Of a DNA stretch of 64,000 nt, positions 37,896 through 47,275 are shown one piece after another. The position numbers and the translations under genes are program-made. The stretch is from IMG/VR virus record IMGVR_UViG_3300047472_000449; one strand, 5' to 3'. The notes under the pieces were generated by a model. The model did not search any database and was not told the origin of the DNA. It saw nothing but the letters and a program-made list of their open reading frames with translations. This stretch comes from a virus. Each line of letters opens with the position of its first letter. The stretch's first letter is position 1.

Positions 37896-38129
37896 TAGCG
37901 GAGTTTTTAATTTCAGACCCGTTAGTCAAATGCCACCTTGGGTGGCATATTATTTGACTTGTTTTTCTAATAAACAGGCCATTCATCTATAAATCGGGTG
38001 GAATATCTCTCCCATAATGAAAATTATTAATCTTATGCTTTATACTACATAGAAGATATCGTGTAGTCGTAAGAGAAAGTCTTGTTGTCGTTATACACGA
38101 ATAATAAATAATAATGGAGGAACGTGTTA

Positions 38130-39062
38130 ATGAAAAGATTGCGCTCTATGATTGCTTTAAGTGTGTTGTTGGCGGCTGGCGGGCTTCACGCCGAAACTTA
38201 TGAATTTAATTACAATCTTCGAGGTGAGAGGGTTGCCATTTCACCCCCTGTTCAGTCAGATTGGGTTGCAACCTCACCTCTATATGGTGATTGGGTTGAT
38301 GTAAACAGCGTCTACGGTTGTTCCAACTGGTCGCCGAGTGCTGCTGATGCAACCGCGACTACGACCTTCACACAGAAGGCTACTGATTGCAGAACTGATA
38401 AAACGCGTACGCGCCAGGATCGTGAAGAAAACACGGGAACCGGGGAAATCCGCAACAAAGGTGATGCGGTATCAGAAACACAGAAATTAACAGGGCAAAC
38501 TGCCTCACGTACCTATGGTGTCATGTTCTATGGCTGGACGGATGTCGGTACTTATTACGATTGCGCTTGGGCGCCATTGACTTCTGAATATCCGATTGGT
38601 GAAGTGTTTACTCAAAGCGGCACTGGATGCAAACTTGATCAAACCACAACCCGTATGGACTATTATCAGGATCATATAACGGGAGAGTATGTCGTTGTTT
38701 CTCAAGTGCCCGTAAATAGAACATTAGCTAACCAGCGTACGTGGAAAAATGCCCAAGGAACGAAGGACTACTTTGTTAGTTCGTTGTCTGCCAGCTCTTC
38801 GGTAATTCCTGTTGGAGGTAAAACCACCATCACAGCGGTCATCATGGATACAAATGGCAAGCTATCGGAAGCTGGATCAGCCATTTCACTCACTACGAAC
38901 ATGGGAATCTTGTCTGATAACTACCCTACCATTGATGCTAATGGGCAGGCCGTCGCCGAATTGGCATGTGACTTTTGCACTGTGGGTAATGCCGTCATCA
39001 GTGCAACCGCTCAGAATGGTGTAACGGTGAGCACCAATGTAAGAGTTATTCCCAGCGAATAA
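38130..39062 (+). CDS. secreted protein: two Trp/Cys repeats + C-terminal Ig-like domain
   Basis: colinear paralog of 36966-37895; GGAGG SD. Confidence 0.8.
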   Translation: MKRLRSMIALSVLLAAGGLHAETYEFNYNLRGERVAISPPVQSDWVATSPLYGDWVDVNSVYGCSNWSPSAADATATTTFTQKATDCRTDKTRTRQDREENTGTGEIRNKGDAVSETQKLTGQTASRTYGVMFYGWTDVGTYYDCAWAPLTSEYPIGEVFTQSGTGCKLDQTTTRMDYYQDHITGEYVVVSQVPVNRTLANQRTWKNAQGTKDYFVSSLSASSSVIPVGGKTTITAVIMDTNGKLSEAGSAISLTTNMGILSDNYPTIDANGQAVAELACDFCTVGNAVISATAQNGVTVSTNVRVIPSE

Positions 39063-39166
39063 GCAGTAACACTTTAGGGTCGCCTCAAAAGCTACCCTAT
39101 CGGAAGGGGCCAGCCGGGTTCTCGCTCTCTGCTTGTTGTCCCCACTCTAGTATTTCGGCCCTCAAT

Positions 39167-39198
39167 GAAAAAACCAAGCATCAATGCTTGGTTTTTTT
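39167..39198. terminator. bidirectional terminator
   Basis: AAAAAACCAAGC-ATCAAT-GCTTGGTTTTTT. Confidence 0.8.
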
Positions 39199-39213
39199 GT
39201 GTCGGCGAGGGGA

Positions 39214-39372
39214 TTAGCGGTTACGCAGTTCCCAATCCAGGTTCGCCGGGCGGGTCGCGGTGACCGAAGGCGACTTGGCTTCAGCGGTGGCCGAGGTTTT
39301 CACAGCTTCACCTGCCATCGCAACGGCGGACAGGGACATTGCCACAACAACAGCCAGTACGGTACGTTTCAT
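39214..39372 (-). CDS. 52-aa secreted peptide
   Basis: MKRTVLAVVVAMSLSAVAMA signal peptide, GGAG SD, own promoter TTGACA(39427-39432)-17-CATAAT. Confidence 0.7.
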   Translation of the reverse strand: MKRTVLAVVVAMSLSAVAMAGEAVKTSATAEAKSPSVTATRPANLDWELRNR

Positions 39373-39456
39373 GTGAAGCTCCATCTGTTTGGTTGATGTG
39401 TTCATTATGACAAGACCCCTCAGTAATGTCAATGCTATTTACACTAAATTGTTTGG

Positions 39457-39999
39457 TTAACCTGCATGCTGGGTCAAAAACAACGCTCTGGACTTGATGG
39501 CAGCGCGCACAATAGCATGCGCCACATCGCCGTAATCGCCGCCAAAGTATTCTTGAACGACCTGATGGGAAGGAAGGCGCTTCCAGGCACTGCCATCTGC
39601 AAAATCCAGATTGATCTTCAGGCTGCTCAGCAGGCGATAGAGATCCCCCTCATCGGTCAGCGGATTCCACAGCCAGCCGAAACCGCCGTCGCGCATCCGG
39701 TGACTGCTGACGCCTTTGCACGCGGGTTTTGAAAAGTGAGGGTGATCATCATGGACGTAGATGCCGATGCCGTGTTGATGATCCCACCATGTGCCGCCGA
39801 GCGGCCCCACACCGTTGACCATCACACCGTCCTCAATGCCACAGGCACGCGTGGCCATCTCCAGCAACTCGCGATCCGTGAAGGACTCCAGGTCGAGGTT
39901 GGCCGATGCCATCAGGGGGCGATTGGGACACGGCAGGTTTCCAGAGCCCAGGTGCTTCTCTCCGCAGGCCATGCAGGTGTATCCATTCCACGCATTCAT
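39457..39999 (-). CDS. phage-type hypothetical protein
   Basis: TDRELLEMATRACG...WNPLTDEGDLYRL...AIVRAA. Confidence 0.7.
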   Translation of the reverse strand: MNAWNGYTCMACGEKHLGSGNLPCPNRPLMASANLDLESFTDRELLEMATRACGIEDGVMVNGVGPLGGTWWDHQHGIGIYVHDDHPHFSKPACKGVSSHRMRDGGFGWLWNPLTDEGDLYRLLSSLKINLDFADGSAWKRLPSHQVVQEYFGGDYGDVAHAIVRAAIKSRALFLTQHAG

Positions 40000-40025
40000 G
40001 CTCTAGTGTCCTTTATGTGATGGGT

Positions 40026-40502
40026 TCACGCGCACATGGCAACGATGGGCGCTGGCTGGTTGATCGGGGCGTTCTCGATCATGTTGGCAAGCTCGAACAT
40101 CCGGCGCAGGATCGTCGTGGTGAGCTTGTTGGCCTTGGCCTCGGTCAGCGGCGTGTGTGCTGTGCAGTAGTTCTTGAATGCACTGGCCGTGGTGTCGTAA
40201 TAGCCCTTGCCTTCCAGCACCAAGATGCGATCCGTCTGCTTGTTGGCTGCCCATGCTGTCACGATAATCTGGGTGCTGAGAACGGATTCAGAAGTGAGAA
40301 AAATCTCCAGTTCAATGCTCCAGCTTTTCTCGCCGTCGTCACAAATGTCGGTGCCAATGCAGTAGGACTTGTCACTTTGACTGTAGTGATGAATATTGAA
40401 TTCTGTGAAAAAATAGCGCACGCCAAGATTTTCGATCAGGTGTTCCATGCGCGGCGCAAAGCCTTGGGTTTGTTGTGAGTCCTGCAATTTAAGTGCTCGC
40501 AA
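40026..40502 (-). CDS. hypothetical protein
   Basis: 158 aa ORF; start may be MEHLIENLG. Confidence 0.65.
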   Translation of the reverse strand: MRALKLQDSQQTQGFAPRMEHLIENLGVRYFFTEFNIHHYSQSDKSYCIGTDICDDGEKSWSIELEIFLTSESVLSTQIIVTAWAANKQTDRILVLEGKGYYDTTASAFKNYCTAHTPLTEAKANKLTTTILRRMFELANMIENAPINQPAPIVAMCA

Positions 40503-40553
40503 TTAAGGGGTCAAAAAATGATCCCCGGCATCGGCCAGGGATCAGGTGTTGGG

Positions 40554-40982
40554 TTAAAGGGTTGCATTGATCTGTTCGAGGCGCACTGCCACGGCGATCA
40601 TTTCCTTGAGCAGCGTGATCGCAGCGAAGGCGTTGGCATCTGGAACCTCCCACAGCTTGCAATGCTCGATGAACAAGGCGACGGCTTTCTCTTCAGCGTA
40701 GCCATGTTCGTAAACTACCTGCTTCTCGGTAACACCGACATCATCCTGCAAAAATTCCAGGGCGATGGAGTAAAACAGTCTTGATTTCGAATCGCGCATG
40801 TCGATATACAGCGTCAGCTCTACAGCATCAGGGCCTTCTGCCTCAGGGTCGGTTGACGCCATCGTTGCGACCGGCCCGGTAATGTCGTAACCATCACCCA
40901 TGTCCATGTGCTGCAAATTCGGCAGCACTTGATCGAGGTTAAGAGGTTTGATTGCAGCTTGAAACGCTTGTTGCATGTCCAT
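40554..40982 (-). CDS. hypothetical acidic protein
   Basis: 142 aa ORF. Confidence 0.7.
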   Translation of the reverse strand: MDMQQAFQAAIKPLNLDQVLPNLQHMDMGDGYDITGPVATMASTDPEAEGPDAVELTLYIDMRDSKSRLFYSIALEFLQDDVGVTEKQVVYEHGYAEEKAVALFIEHCKLWEVPDANAFAAITLLKEMIAVAVRLEQINATL

Positions 40983-41010
40983 GGCGAACTCACTTCATTT
41001 CGGGTAAAGA

Positions 41011-41328
41011 TTAGTTGTTGGCTTCTTGCGCTTTTTCACGTGCCAACAGCGCATTCCAGGCAGGCAATGTCCACGGGACAGATCCCTCTTGCATACGCTC
41101 ACGTTCGGTGAGTTCTGCGTACGGTTTACGGCCTTCTAGCTTGCGCCATTTAGCGTCGATGTCAGCCATATGGCCATCAAGAGTTTCCTGACCCGGCATT
41201 TTCATGACGGTTTTTTTGGAATGGTATAGCTCCCACCCCTGAGTCCCGTCCATGATCCAGCAAGGAGGAACCTCAGTGCCGAGGTAGCTGCGTTTGCAGC
41301 CATTATATCGTACTCTGGACATCTGCAT
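41011..41328 (-). CDS. hypothetical protein
   Basis: 105 aa ORF with GAGG SD. Confidence 0.65.
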   Translation of the reverse strand: MQMSRVRYNGCKRSYLGTEVPPCWIMDGTQGWELYHSKKTVMKMPGQETLDGHMADIDAKWRKLEGRKPYAELTERERMQEGSVPWTLPAWNALLAREKAQEANN

Positions 41329-41403
41329 TCCTCACGCGGCAAGGAGACAATAATATCTATATATTAAATATTTGTCAATTACAGTTTACTTGCCATCGGT
41401 CGA

Positions 41404-42570
41404 TCAATCTTGGCCAAACAAGTCTCGGGTGAAGGTCTTGTCGATCACATCGGCAATCTCGGCGGTAGCACGATTGGCCACGATCACGTCTGCGCGGCGT
41501 TTGAAGTCAGACAGATCCGTCAGTATCGTGGCATCGCAAAAGCTGTCCCCGCTGATTGTGGGCTCGTACACGATCACCTCCACTCCTTTGGCTTGCAGTT
41601 GCTTCATGACACCTTGGACGGAGGACGCACGGATGTTGTCCGAGCCCGATTTCATCACCAGACGATAAATCCCGACAACCTTGGGGTTGAGCTTCAGAAT
41701 GGATTCGGCAATAAAATCCATGCGTGTTGTGTTGGAGTCAACAATGGCGCGAATCAGGTTGTTCGGCACGCTGGAGTAGTTGGCCAACAATTGTTTGGTG
41801 TCTTTTGGCAGGCAGTAGCCGCCGTAGCCGAACGAGGGGTTGCAGTAATGATTGCCGATGCGCGGATCGAGCCCGACGCCCTCAATGATTGCCCGCGAGT
41901 CCAAGCCATGCATGGCCGCGTAAGTATCCAGCTCATTGAAGTAGGCGATACGCATGGCCAGGAACGTATTGGAGAACAACTTGATCGCTTCAGCTTCTGT
42001 CGGAGGGGTCAATAGCACCTCCACGTCAGCTTTCAGCGCCCCTTCCAACATTAGTTTGGCAAAGGCCTGCCCCAGCGCTGTCGTGTCGCCAACGACAATC
42101 CGCGAGGGATGGAGGTTGTCGTACAGGGCTCGGCCTTCGCGCAGAAACTCGGGGCTGAAGAGGATGTTCTGGCGCTGGAAGCGCTGGCGCATCCGCTCGG
42201 TAAAGCCGACCGGCACCGTGGATTTGATCACAACGATGGCATTGGGTTGAATGGCCATGACATCGCTAATGACTGACTCGACGGTATCGGTATTGAAGAA
42301 ATTGGTGTCAGGGTCGTAATCCGTGGGCGTGGCCACAATGACAAACTCTGCGCCGTCGTAAGCATCGTACTTGTCGAGCGTAGCCCGCAGCTTCAGATCT
42401 TTGGTGTCCAGATACTCATCCAATTCTGGGTCAACCACAACAGAGCGACGTTCATTGAGCGCCTGCACCCGCTCAGGGGCGATGTCGAGTGCAACCACCT
42501 GATTGTGCTGAGCCAGAAGAACCGCATTGGACAGACCCACATACCCGGTGCCGACAACTACAATCTTCAT
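41404..42570 (-). CDS. ugd: UDP-glucose 6-dehydrogenase
   Basis: [14 protein letters not shown] (Rossmann), [18 protein letters not shown], catalytic [10 protein letters not shown]; 388 aa. Confidence 0.96.
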   Translation of the reverse strand: MKIVVVGTGYVGLSNAVLLAQHNQVVALDIAPERVQALNERRSVVVDPELDEYLDTKDLKLRATLDKYDAYDGAEFVIVATPTDYDPDTNFFNTDTVESVISDVMAIQPNAIVVIKSTVPVGFTERMRQRFQRQNILFSPEFLREGRALYDNLHPSRIVVGDTTALGQAFAKLMLEGALKADVEVLLTPPTEAEAIKLFSNTFLAMRIAYFNELDTYAAMHGLDSRAIIEGVGLDPRIGNHYCNPSFGYGGYCLPKDTKQLLANYSSVPNNLIRAIVDSNTTRMDFIAESILKLNPKVVGIYRLVMKSGSDNIRASSVQGVMKQLQAKGVEVIVYEPTISGDSFCDATILTDLSDFKRRADVIVANRATAEIADVIDKTFTRDLFGQD

Positions 42571-42600
42571 GTGAACCCCAGCTGAGTTTTGAATTGTCTG

Positions 42601-42997
42601 AAAAGACATAAGGCCGATCCCTCGAAAGAAATCGGCCTTATGTTGCAAGAAGAACACAACAGCTTCCCGCACACACCGTTCTGCTGACTTGGAGGCGGCT
42701 ATTTCAAGGATGACTCCACCCGTCCTGGCGAACGTGCTTCAAAGTCTCGCCGCTATCCTAAACACCGCATCAGCAGATTGTGTTAGGCAACTACGTCCCT
42801 CTGTGGTTGCGGCCAGTCGGCGATGACTGCGACGCGTTTTACCTCATCGGGTGGCCGAAGCTCCCGTGGAACCACAGTGGCATAGATGCCACTGGCGTTT
42901 TTTGCTCGGCTTCGAGAGTGCCTAATTCTCTCCACCGAGGCTTTTTTGAGTTTCGCCCCGCGTCGGCTTGGCGCACTCTAAGGACTCAAGGTCAGTG
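42601..42997 (-). ncRNA. about 400-nt structured RNA or ugd leader
   Basis: promoter TTGACT(43026-43031)-17-TATACT(43003-43008); no credible ORF; many hairpins; ends in CATAAGGCCGAT/ATCGGCCTTATG-TCTTTT terminator 30 nt before the ugd ATG. Confidence 0.6.
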
Positions 42998-43064
42998 GCC
43001 TCAGTATAATAAGACCTCTTCAATCAGTCAACAGAAAAAACATCGTGTATGGGCCAGAAACCCT

Positions 43065-43538
43065 TTAATTAATGGTAAATCCTGCTTCCGCCAACGCCGC
43101 CATGGCTTGTTCAATTTTCTGACGTTCAACAGCCTGGGCCTCGGGTTTAATTCCCAGCAGGTAGATCAGCGGGTCGCTGGTCAGGTTCTCTGGTCGAGGG
43201 TCGAAGAACGAATCGTTGCAGAACACAGCAATGTGGCGTTTGTCGAGATCAACAACGTAGCACCATGTGTGCGTGTCGGTTTCCGTATTGGGGAGTGCAT
43301 CCTTGCTCATCAAATCCCAGGCCGTATTGTCCGCACGCACCGCGTCACTGTAGCTTCTGAAGTGGAGGTACTGAAGGCTGTGGAAGTTGTGATCCAGGCC
43401 ATGTTCCTTGCCCGCACCGCCCGTGGTGATCCAGTGCGCGAGGATGCTCAGAACGTGTGTCGGATAGCCATCGCTGCGCTGGGTAGTCGAGATCACTTCG
43501 CTGTTGTTGATGATCTGAATGGATGCAGGCGTTCCCAT
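43065..43538 (-). CDS. phage-type hypothetical protein (DGYP motif)
   Basis: MGTPASI...QRSDGYP...WCYVVDLD. Confidence 0.75.
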   Translation of the reverse strand: MGTPASIQIINNSEVISTTQRSDGYPTHVLSILAHWITTGGAGKEHGLDHNFHSLQYLHFRSYSDAVRADNTAWDLMSKDALPNTETDTHTWCYVVDLDKRHIAVFCNDSFFDPRPENLTSDPLIYLLGIKPEAQAVERQKIEQAMAALAEAGFTIN

Positions 43539-43625
43539 GGTTCAATCCTCTGAATTCGGCAGGGTGGAGCATGAATCGAAGGTGCTCAGTATAACGACGC
43601 CGACATAAATAGTCAATGTAATTTA

Positions 43626-44057
43626 CTATTTTTGGGCGGTTTTGGAGGCTTTTGTAGAACTCTCTTGCCATTGCAATCTGAGTTCGTCCCAGGCTTTCCG
43701 GGTGAAGCTTTCTGGCACCCTCCGTTGGGTCATGATGCACTGTAGCTGCCAGTCGGATAGGTTTTCACGCTCTTTCTTGTTCGGGTATTTGCGCTTCGAG
43801 GGATTGAGCGCGTTGTTGTAGTAATCGACGCGATCCTGAAGCGACAGTTCATGAAAATCGTCGTCGATTCCTTCGGAAAACCCTTTAAGGGCTTCGGTTT
43901 GAATCTCGTTGGGATACTGTTTAAAGATTCTAATGGCTTCACCAAACAATTTCATTCGCTCGGTAGAGCCCGCGTGCCAAGGCTCGTGTGCGGGCGCCCG
44001 GTTGAAACGCTCTAGAATAAGATCTAGCGCTTGTTGATCTGCGGCTGAAATCTGCAT
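43626..44057 (-). CDS. hypothetical protein
   Basis: 143 aa ORF. Confidence 0.7.
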   Translation of the reverse strand: MQISAADQQALDLILERFNRAPAHEPWHAGSTERMKLFGEAIRIFKQYPNEIQTEALKGFSEGIDDDFHELSLQDRVDYYNNALNPSKRKYPNKKERENLSDWQLQCIMTQRRVPESFTRKAWDELRLQWQESSTKASKTAQK

Positions 44058-44268
44058 GGATTTTCCTTTTTTGATCGAGCGTGTTTTTTGGGCAAGGATT
44101 TTTTGTGGTCATTCCACTCGGGGCATCCTGCCTGTTAGGCACTCAGCGGCTTTTAGACCAATAAAGAAACGTATTATATCGCCATCATGGATTTTGTCAA
44201 CATGACTGTCATTCAGCCCATAGCGTAAGGCGTCATGTGCTATAATTGATGGAAATAGAGGGATTTTC

Positions 44269-45087
44269 ATGAAGCAAATTCAAGAAGTGATTCGACTGGT
44301 ACGTGAATGCCTGGACAGTGGTTTTGCCACAACAGAGCTGGGTAAAAATTCCATGTATCAAGATTATGTTCGGTTCCATGTCGGCGACAACGCGCAGTAT
44401 GTCGCTGATGTCGCGGGTAAGGAGCCTGTAGAAATAAGCATTGCTCGACGTTTGATGCAGGGCAACCTGAATCTGGCCTTCGTTGCGCAGGATCAGTCTG
44501 TAGCGCCGCAGGTGCTTGCGATGCTCAAGGAGGTCGAAGGATTGACTCGTGAAGTCGGCTTCGACTTTGGCAAGCATGGTGCGGATCTGGCATTTGCTCA
44601 TGTCATTCCTGAGCTGTACACCAAGGAGGTTTTGGTGTTCCAGAACACCATCGTCATCACGGCAGACGATGTTACAACGTCCTATTTCGATCCTGAAAAA
44701 TTGGATAAAAAGGTGATGTTGGCGATGAATGCCGCTTATACCAACGAGGCCATGTTGGAACTGGATGCCTTGGGTGCTTATCGCCCTGTTATGAAGCTGA
44801 CAGTGCCCGATCTTTTTGACCCGGTTGACACCCTTCAGGCGATAAGACGCACTGAGTTCAGGGGTGTTGGAGAGCTGGCAGACTATGGCAAGGTGGAGTT
44901 GCTTGAGGGGATTGATCCAGCCACTGTAAAGCTAATCGGAGACTCGGCGGTATTACGCTTGGACGGCAAGGATTACCGGGCCGTTTGGGATCAAGTCCAG
45001 GTGATAGAGGGCTTCAAGGGCGAGCCTGCTGTTGAGCCTAAGCTTGAGCAGAAGCGCTCGATCACTTCGGATGGCCCTAGCTTCTGA
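44269..45087 (+). CDS. hypothetical protein, paralog of 30028-30741
   Basis: EPVEISIARRLMQGNLN. Confidence 0.8.
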   Translation: MKQIQEVIRLVRECLDSGFATTELGKNSMYQDYVRFHVGDNAQYVADVAGKEPVEISIARRLMQGNLNLAFVAQDQSVAPQVLAMLKEVEGLTREVGFDFGKHGADLAFAHVIPELYTKEVLVFQNTIVITADDVTTSYFDPEKLDKKVMLAMNAAYTNEAMLELDALGAYRPVMKLTVPDLFDPVDTLQAIRRTEFRGVGELADYGKVELLEGIDPATVKLIGDSAVLRLDGKDYRAVWDQVQVIEGFKGEPAVEPKLEQKRSITSDGPSF

Positions 45088-45154
45088 TCGTCTGAATTGA
45101 GGCTGGCCATTAGTCAGCCATATTGACATTTTACAGTGGTGTTGTTATCATGTT

Positions 45155-45550
45155 GTGATTGAAGCGCAGATCTCTCTCCGCAGAAAACTCCACGACACTA
45201 TCGGTAGCCTCATGAGTCTCGAACAAAAACTCAACGAAATTCAGCAGTACATGCGTTCCTCTGTCTATTTTCCTGACCAGGATATGCTGGGTGATTTGGC
45301 GCCTGATGCTCCGCAAACGCGTGTGTGCATTGTCAGAAGTCTGAATAAAACCTTGGCGGCAGTGCTGGATTGTTGCAAGGCTGGCGCCTACGACGAAAAC
45401 GATGTTTACACGCATATGACTAAAGCACTGAACGACCTGGACGACGAATATCCAGGCTGCAACATCCATAACAAGCGCCTGTACGTTCAGGTCTCGATGT
45501 TTTTCGGGGTCAATTATGACGTGGATTGGATGGACATTATGCCCGGCTAA
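45155..45550 (+). CDS. hypothetical protein
   Basis: 131 aa; promoter TTGACA(45123-45128) upstream. Confidence 0.65.
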   Translation: MIEAQISLRRKLHDTIGSLMSLEQKLNEIQQYMRSSVYFPDQDMLGDLAPDAPQTRVCIVRSLNKTLAAVLDCCKAGAYDENDVYTHMTKALNDLDDEYPGCNIHNKRLYVQVSMFFGVNYDVDWMDIMPG

Positions 45551-45630
45551 GGTTGGCCATTCCGGGCGTTCATTTGATTGAGTACAGCGAAAAGTTACAC
45601 AGCTGTGTAACTTTTTTCTCGACTCGACCC

Positions 45631-46215
45631 TTACTCCATTCGCCCTTTCAGCGCCTTGGTCATCAAATGCACGGCGTAGCCGTCATCCGGGTATTGCTTC
45701 TGGTGCTCCCGGATTACTTTCTTGGCTTGCTCGTGACGACCGTAGCGCAGCAAGACTTCAACTTCTCCTGCCATCTTTTCAGTTTGCAACTCTCGAATGC
45801 GTTGCAGCATACGCACGCCATGTGGGTTATCTGGATGGCTGAGAAGAAAGACATTCACCATGCCTCTGGCAGCCGGATAATGACCGTGCAGCACGTGCAG
45901 GCTGGCTTGATGGAGGCCATCTGGAAGAGTGTCCTGTGCCCTACCCGCCGCATTCACTTTATTTAGCCTTGCCAGCAGCTCCAGGGCCTCGGTGTGATTG
46001 GGGTGTTCCAATAGATAGGCGTCGATCACCTGTCGCGCCAGATCGTCTTGTCCCATGTCCAGGTACACCTCAGCTTCCGCCAACGACGGCCCCAGCAATT
46101 CGAGGGTTTGCTCGGAATGGTCAACGTGCGTTGGACGAGATCGCGGCTGGAATAGGCGGCTGATCGAACCCAGGACTTTGGTGGGTAGTTTGAAGAGGCT
46201 GGAGAGAAAGCGCAT
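45631..46215 (-). CDS. TPR-repeat protein with FimV-like repeats
   Basis: LAEAEVYLDMGQDDLARQVI, LHQASLHVLHGHYPAARGMV, EVEVLLRYGRHEQAKKVI. Confidence 0.65.
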   Translation of the reverse strand: MRFLSSLFKLPTKVLGSISRLFQPRSRPTHVDHSEQTLELLGPSLAEAEVYLDMGQDDLARQVIDAYLLEHPNHTEALELLARLNKVNAAGRAQDTLPDGLHQASLHVLHGHYPAARGMVNVFLLSHPDNPHGVRMLQRIRELQTEKMAGEVEVLLRYGRHEQAKKVIREHQKQYPDDGYAVHLMTKALKGRME

Positions 46216-46310
46216 GACATCATCCCTTCTTTGGAGCCAAAACGAAAAACCAGTTGTGCTCATGCGATCATGGGCGACAACTGGCTTGCAAGGCTCTGTG
46301 GTGAATCTGA

Positions 46311-46586
46311 TTAGGCGTTGAGTGCCGACTTCAGAGTCTTGCCCACAGTGATCGTGACCGACTTTTTGGCTTCGATCTGGATCTCTGCGCCGGTTTTCGG
46401 GTTGCGACCTGTGCGAGCTGGGGAGTCCTTCGGTTTGAAGGAAACAAAGCCCTGCATTTTCACCTCATCACCATTTTTGACGGTTTCGGTGACGGTGGCC
46501 GCAAATTGCTTAAGCACTTCCTGTACGGTTTTTTGCGGAACGCCGGTTTCTTCAGCAATGGCTTTAATCAGTTCTGGCAGATGCAT
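46311..46586 (-). CDS. hup: HU family DNA-binding protein
   Basis: ELIKAIAEETG...GFVSF...ARTGRNPKTGAEIQI. Confidence 0.93.
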   Translation of the reverse strand: MHLPELIKAIAEETGVPQKTVQEVLKQFAATVTETVKNGDEVKMQGFVSFKPKDSPARTGRNPKTGAEIQIEAKKSVTITVGKTLKSALNA

Positions 46587-46773
46587 GTTTAATTCCCTAT
46601 AAATAAAATCTATGTAACATTTAATATAGCATTAAATACTGCTGTGTCAATTGTATTTTGTCACTTTGTTGGGCTCGTTTACAATTAGTAAACAATTAGC
46701 GATTATTTGAGTTTGTTGTTCTGCGGGAAGATGTAGTGCATAAGGAGGTGATTGGCCTCCTTATGCGTCCAGA

Positions 46774-47181
46774 CTACAAGTAGTACCACCAGCACGGCTT
46801 CTTGTCCCGAAGCAGTAGCATTTCATCCCAGCGATCCCACTGCAAGGCCCGAAACATGGACTGCTTGTGGTGACAGCGAATGAATCTACGCCACTGCCAA
46901 AGGGAGTACGAGGTGATCTGATAAGGGCTGTATTCTTTGCATCCAAACCGATTCGTTCGTTTATCACTGTGATACCGGGCGGTGAACCAAGTGGCGTAGC
47001 GTTCGTAGGTCGGATGACTTCCCGTGAAGCGCGTAAACCGTTTGGCATCGTGGTACTCGTAATAAGCGAGCGGATCGAATGGGTTGCCAGCAGCCACCCT
47101 GTCCTGCATCTGAGAAAACTGATCCTCAGAGCCAAAGTAAGGGTTGGACTTCAACTTTTTGCGGCGATATGTTCTTGACAC
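46774..47181 (-). CDS. basic hypothetical protein
   Basis: MSRTYRRKK; aromatic-rich. Confidence 0.7.
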   Translation of the reverse strand: MSRTYRRKKLKSNPYFGSEDQFSQMQDRVAAGNPFDPLAYYEYHDAKRFTRFTGSHPTYERYATWFTARYHSDKRTNRFGCKEYSPYQITSYSLWQWRRFIRCHHKQSMFRALQWDRWDEMLLLRDKKPCWWYYL

Positions 47182-47275
47182 ATTTAGCTCCTGGTTAAGG
47201 TTGCTTAATGTGGTGCAATAGCCGCGTAGTAGTTTCGGTTCATTGATTCTTTTTTCCGTAGAAAAGTGCTTGTTA

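Noticed and set aside
42571-42672. 34-aa N-terminal extension of Ugd given by the ORF track
   Set aside because: It runs through the terminator hairpin; the Rossmann motif and family length support the ATG at 42570.
42795-42880. GGCCAGTCGGCGATG on the plus strand recalls Pseudomonas 6S RNA
   Set aside because: The match is short and on the strand opposite the promoter; the hairpin is about 85 nt, without the 6S central bubble or length.
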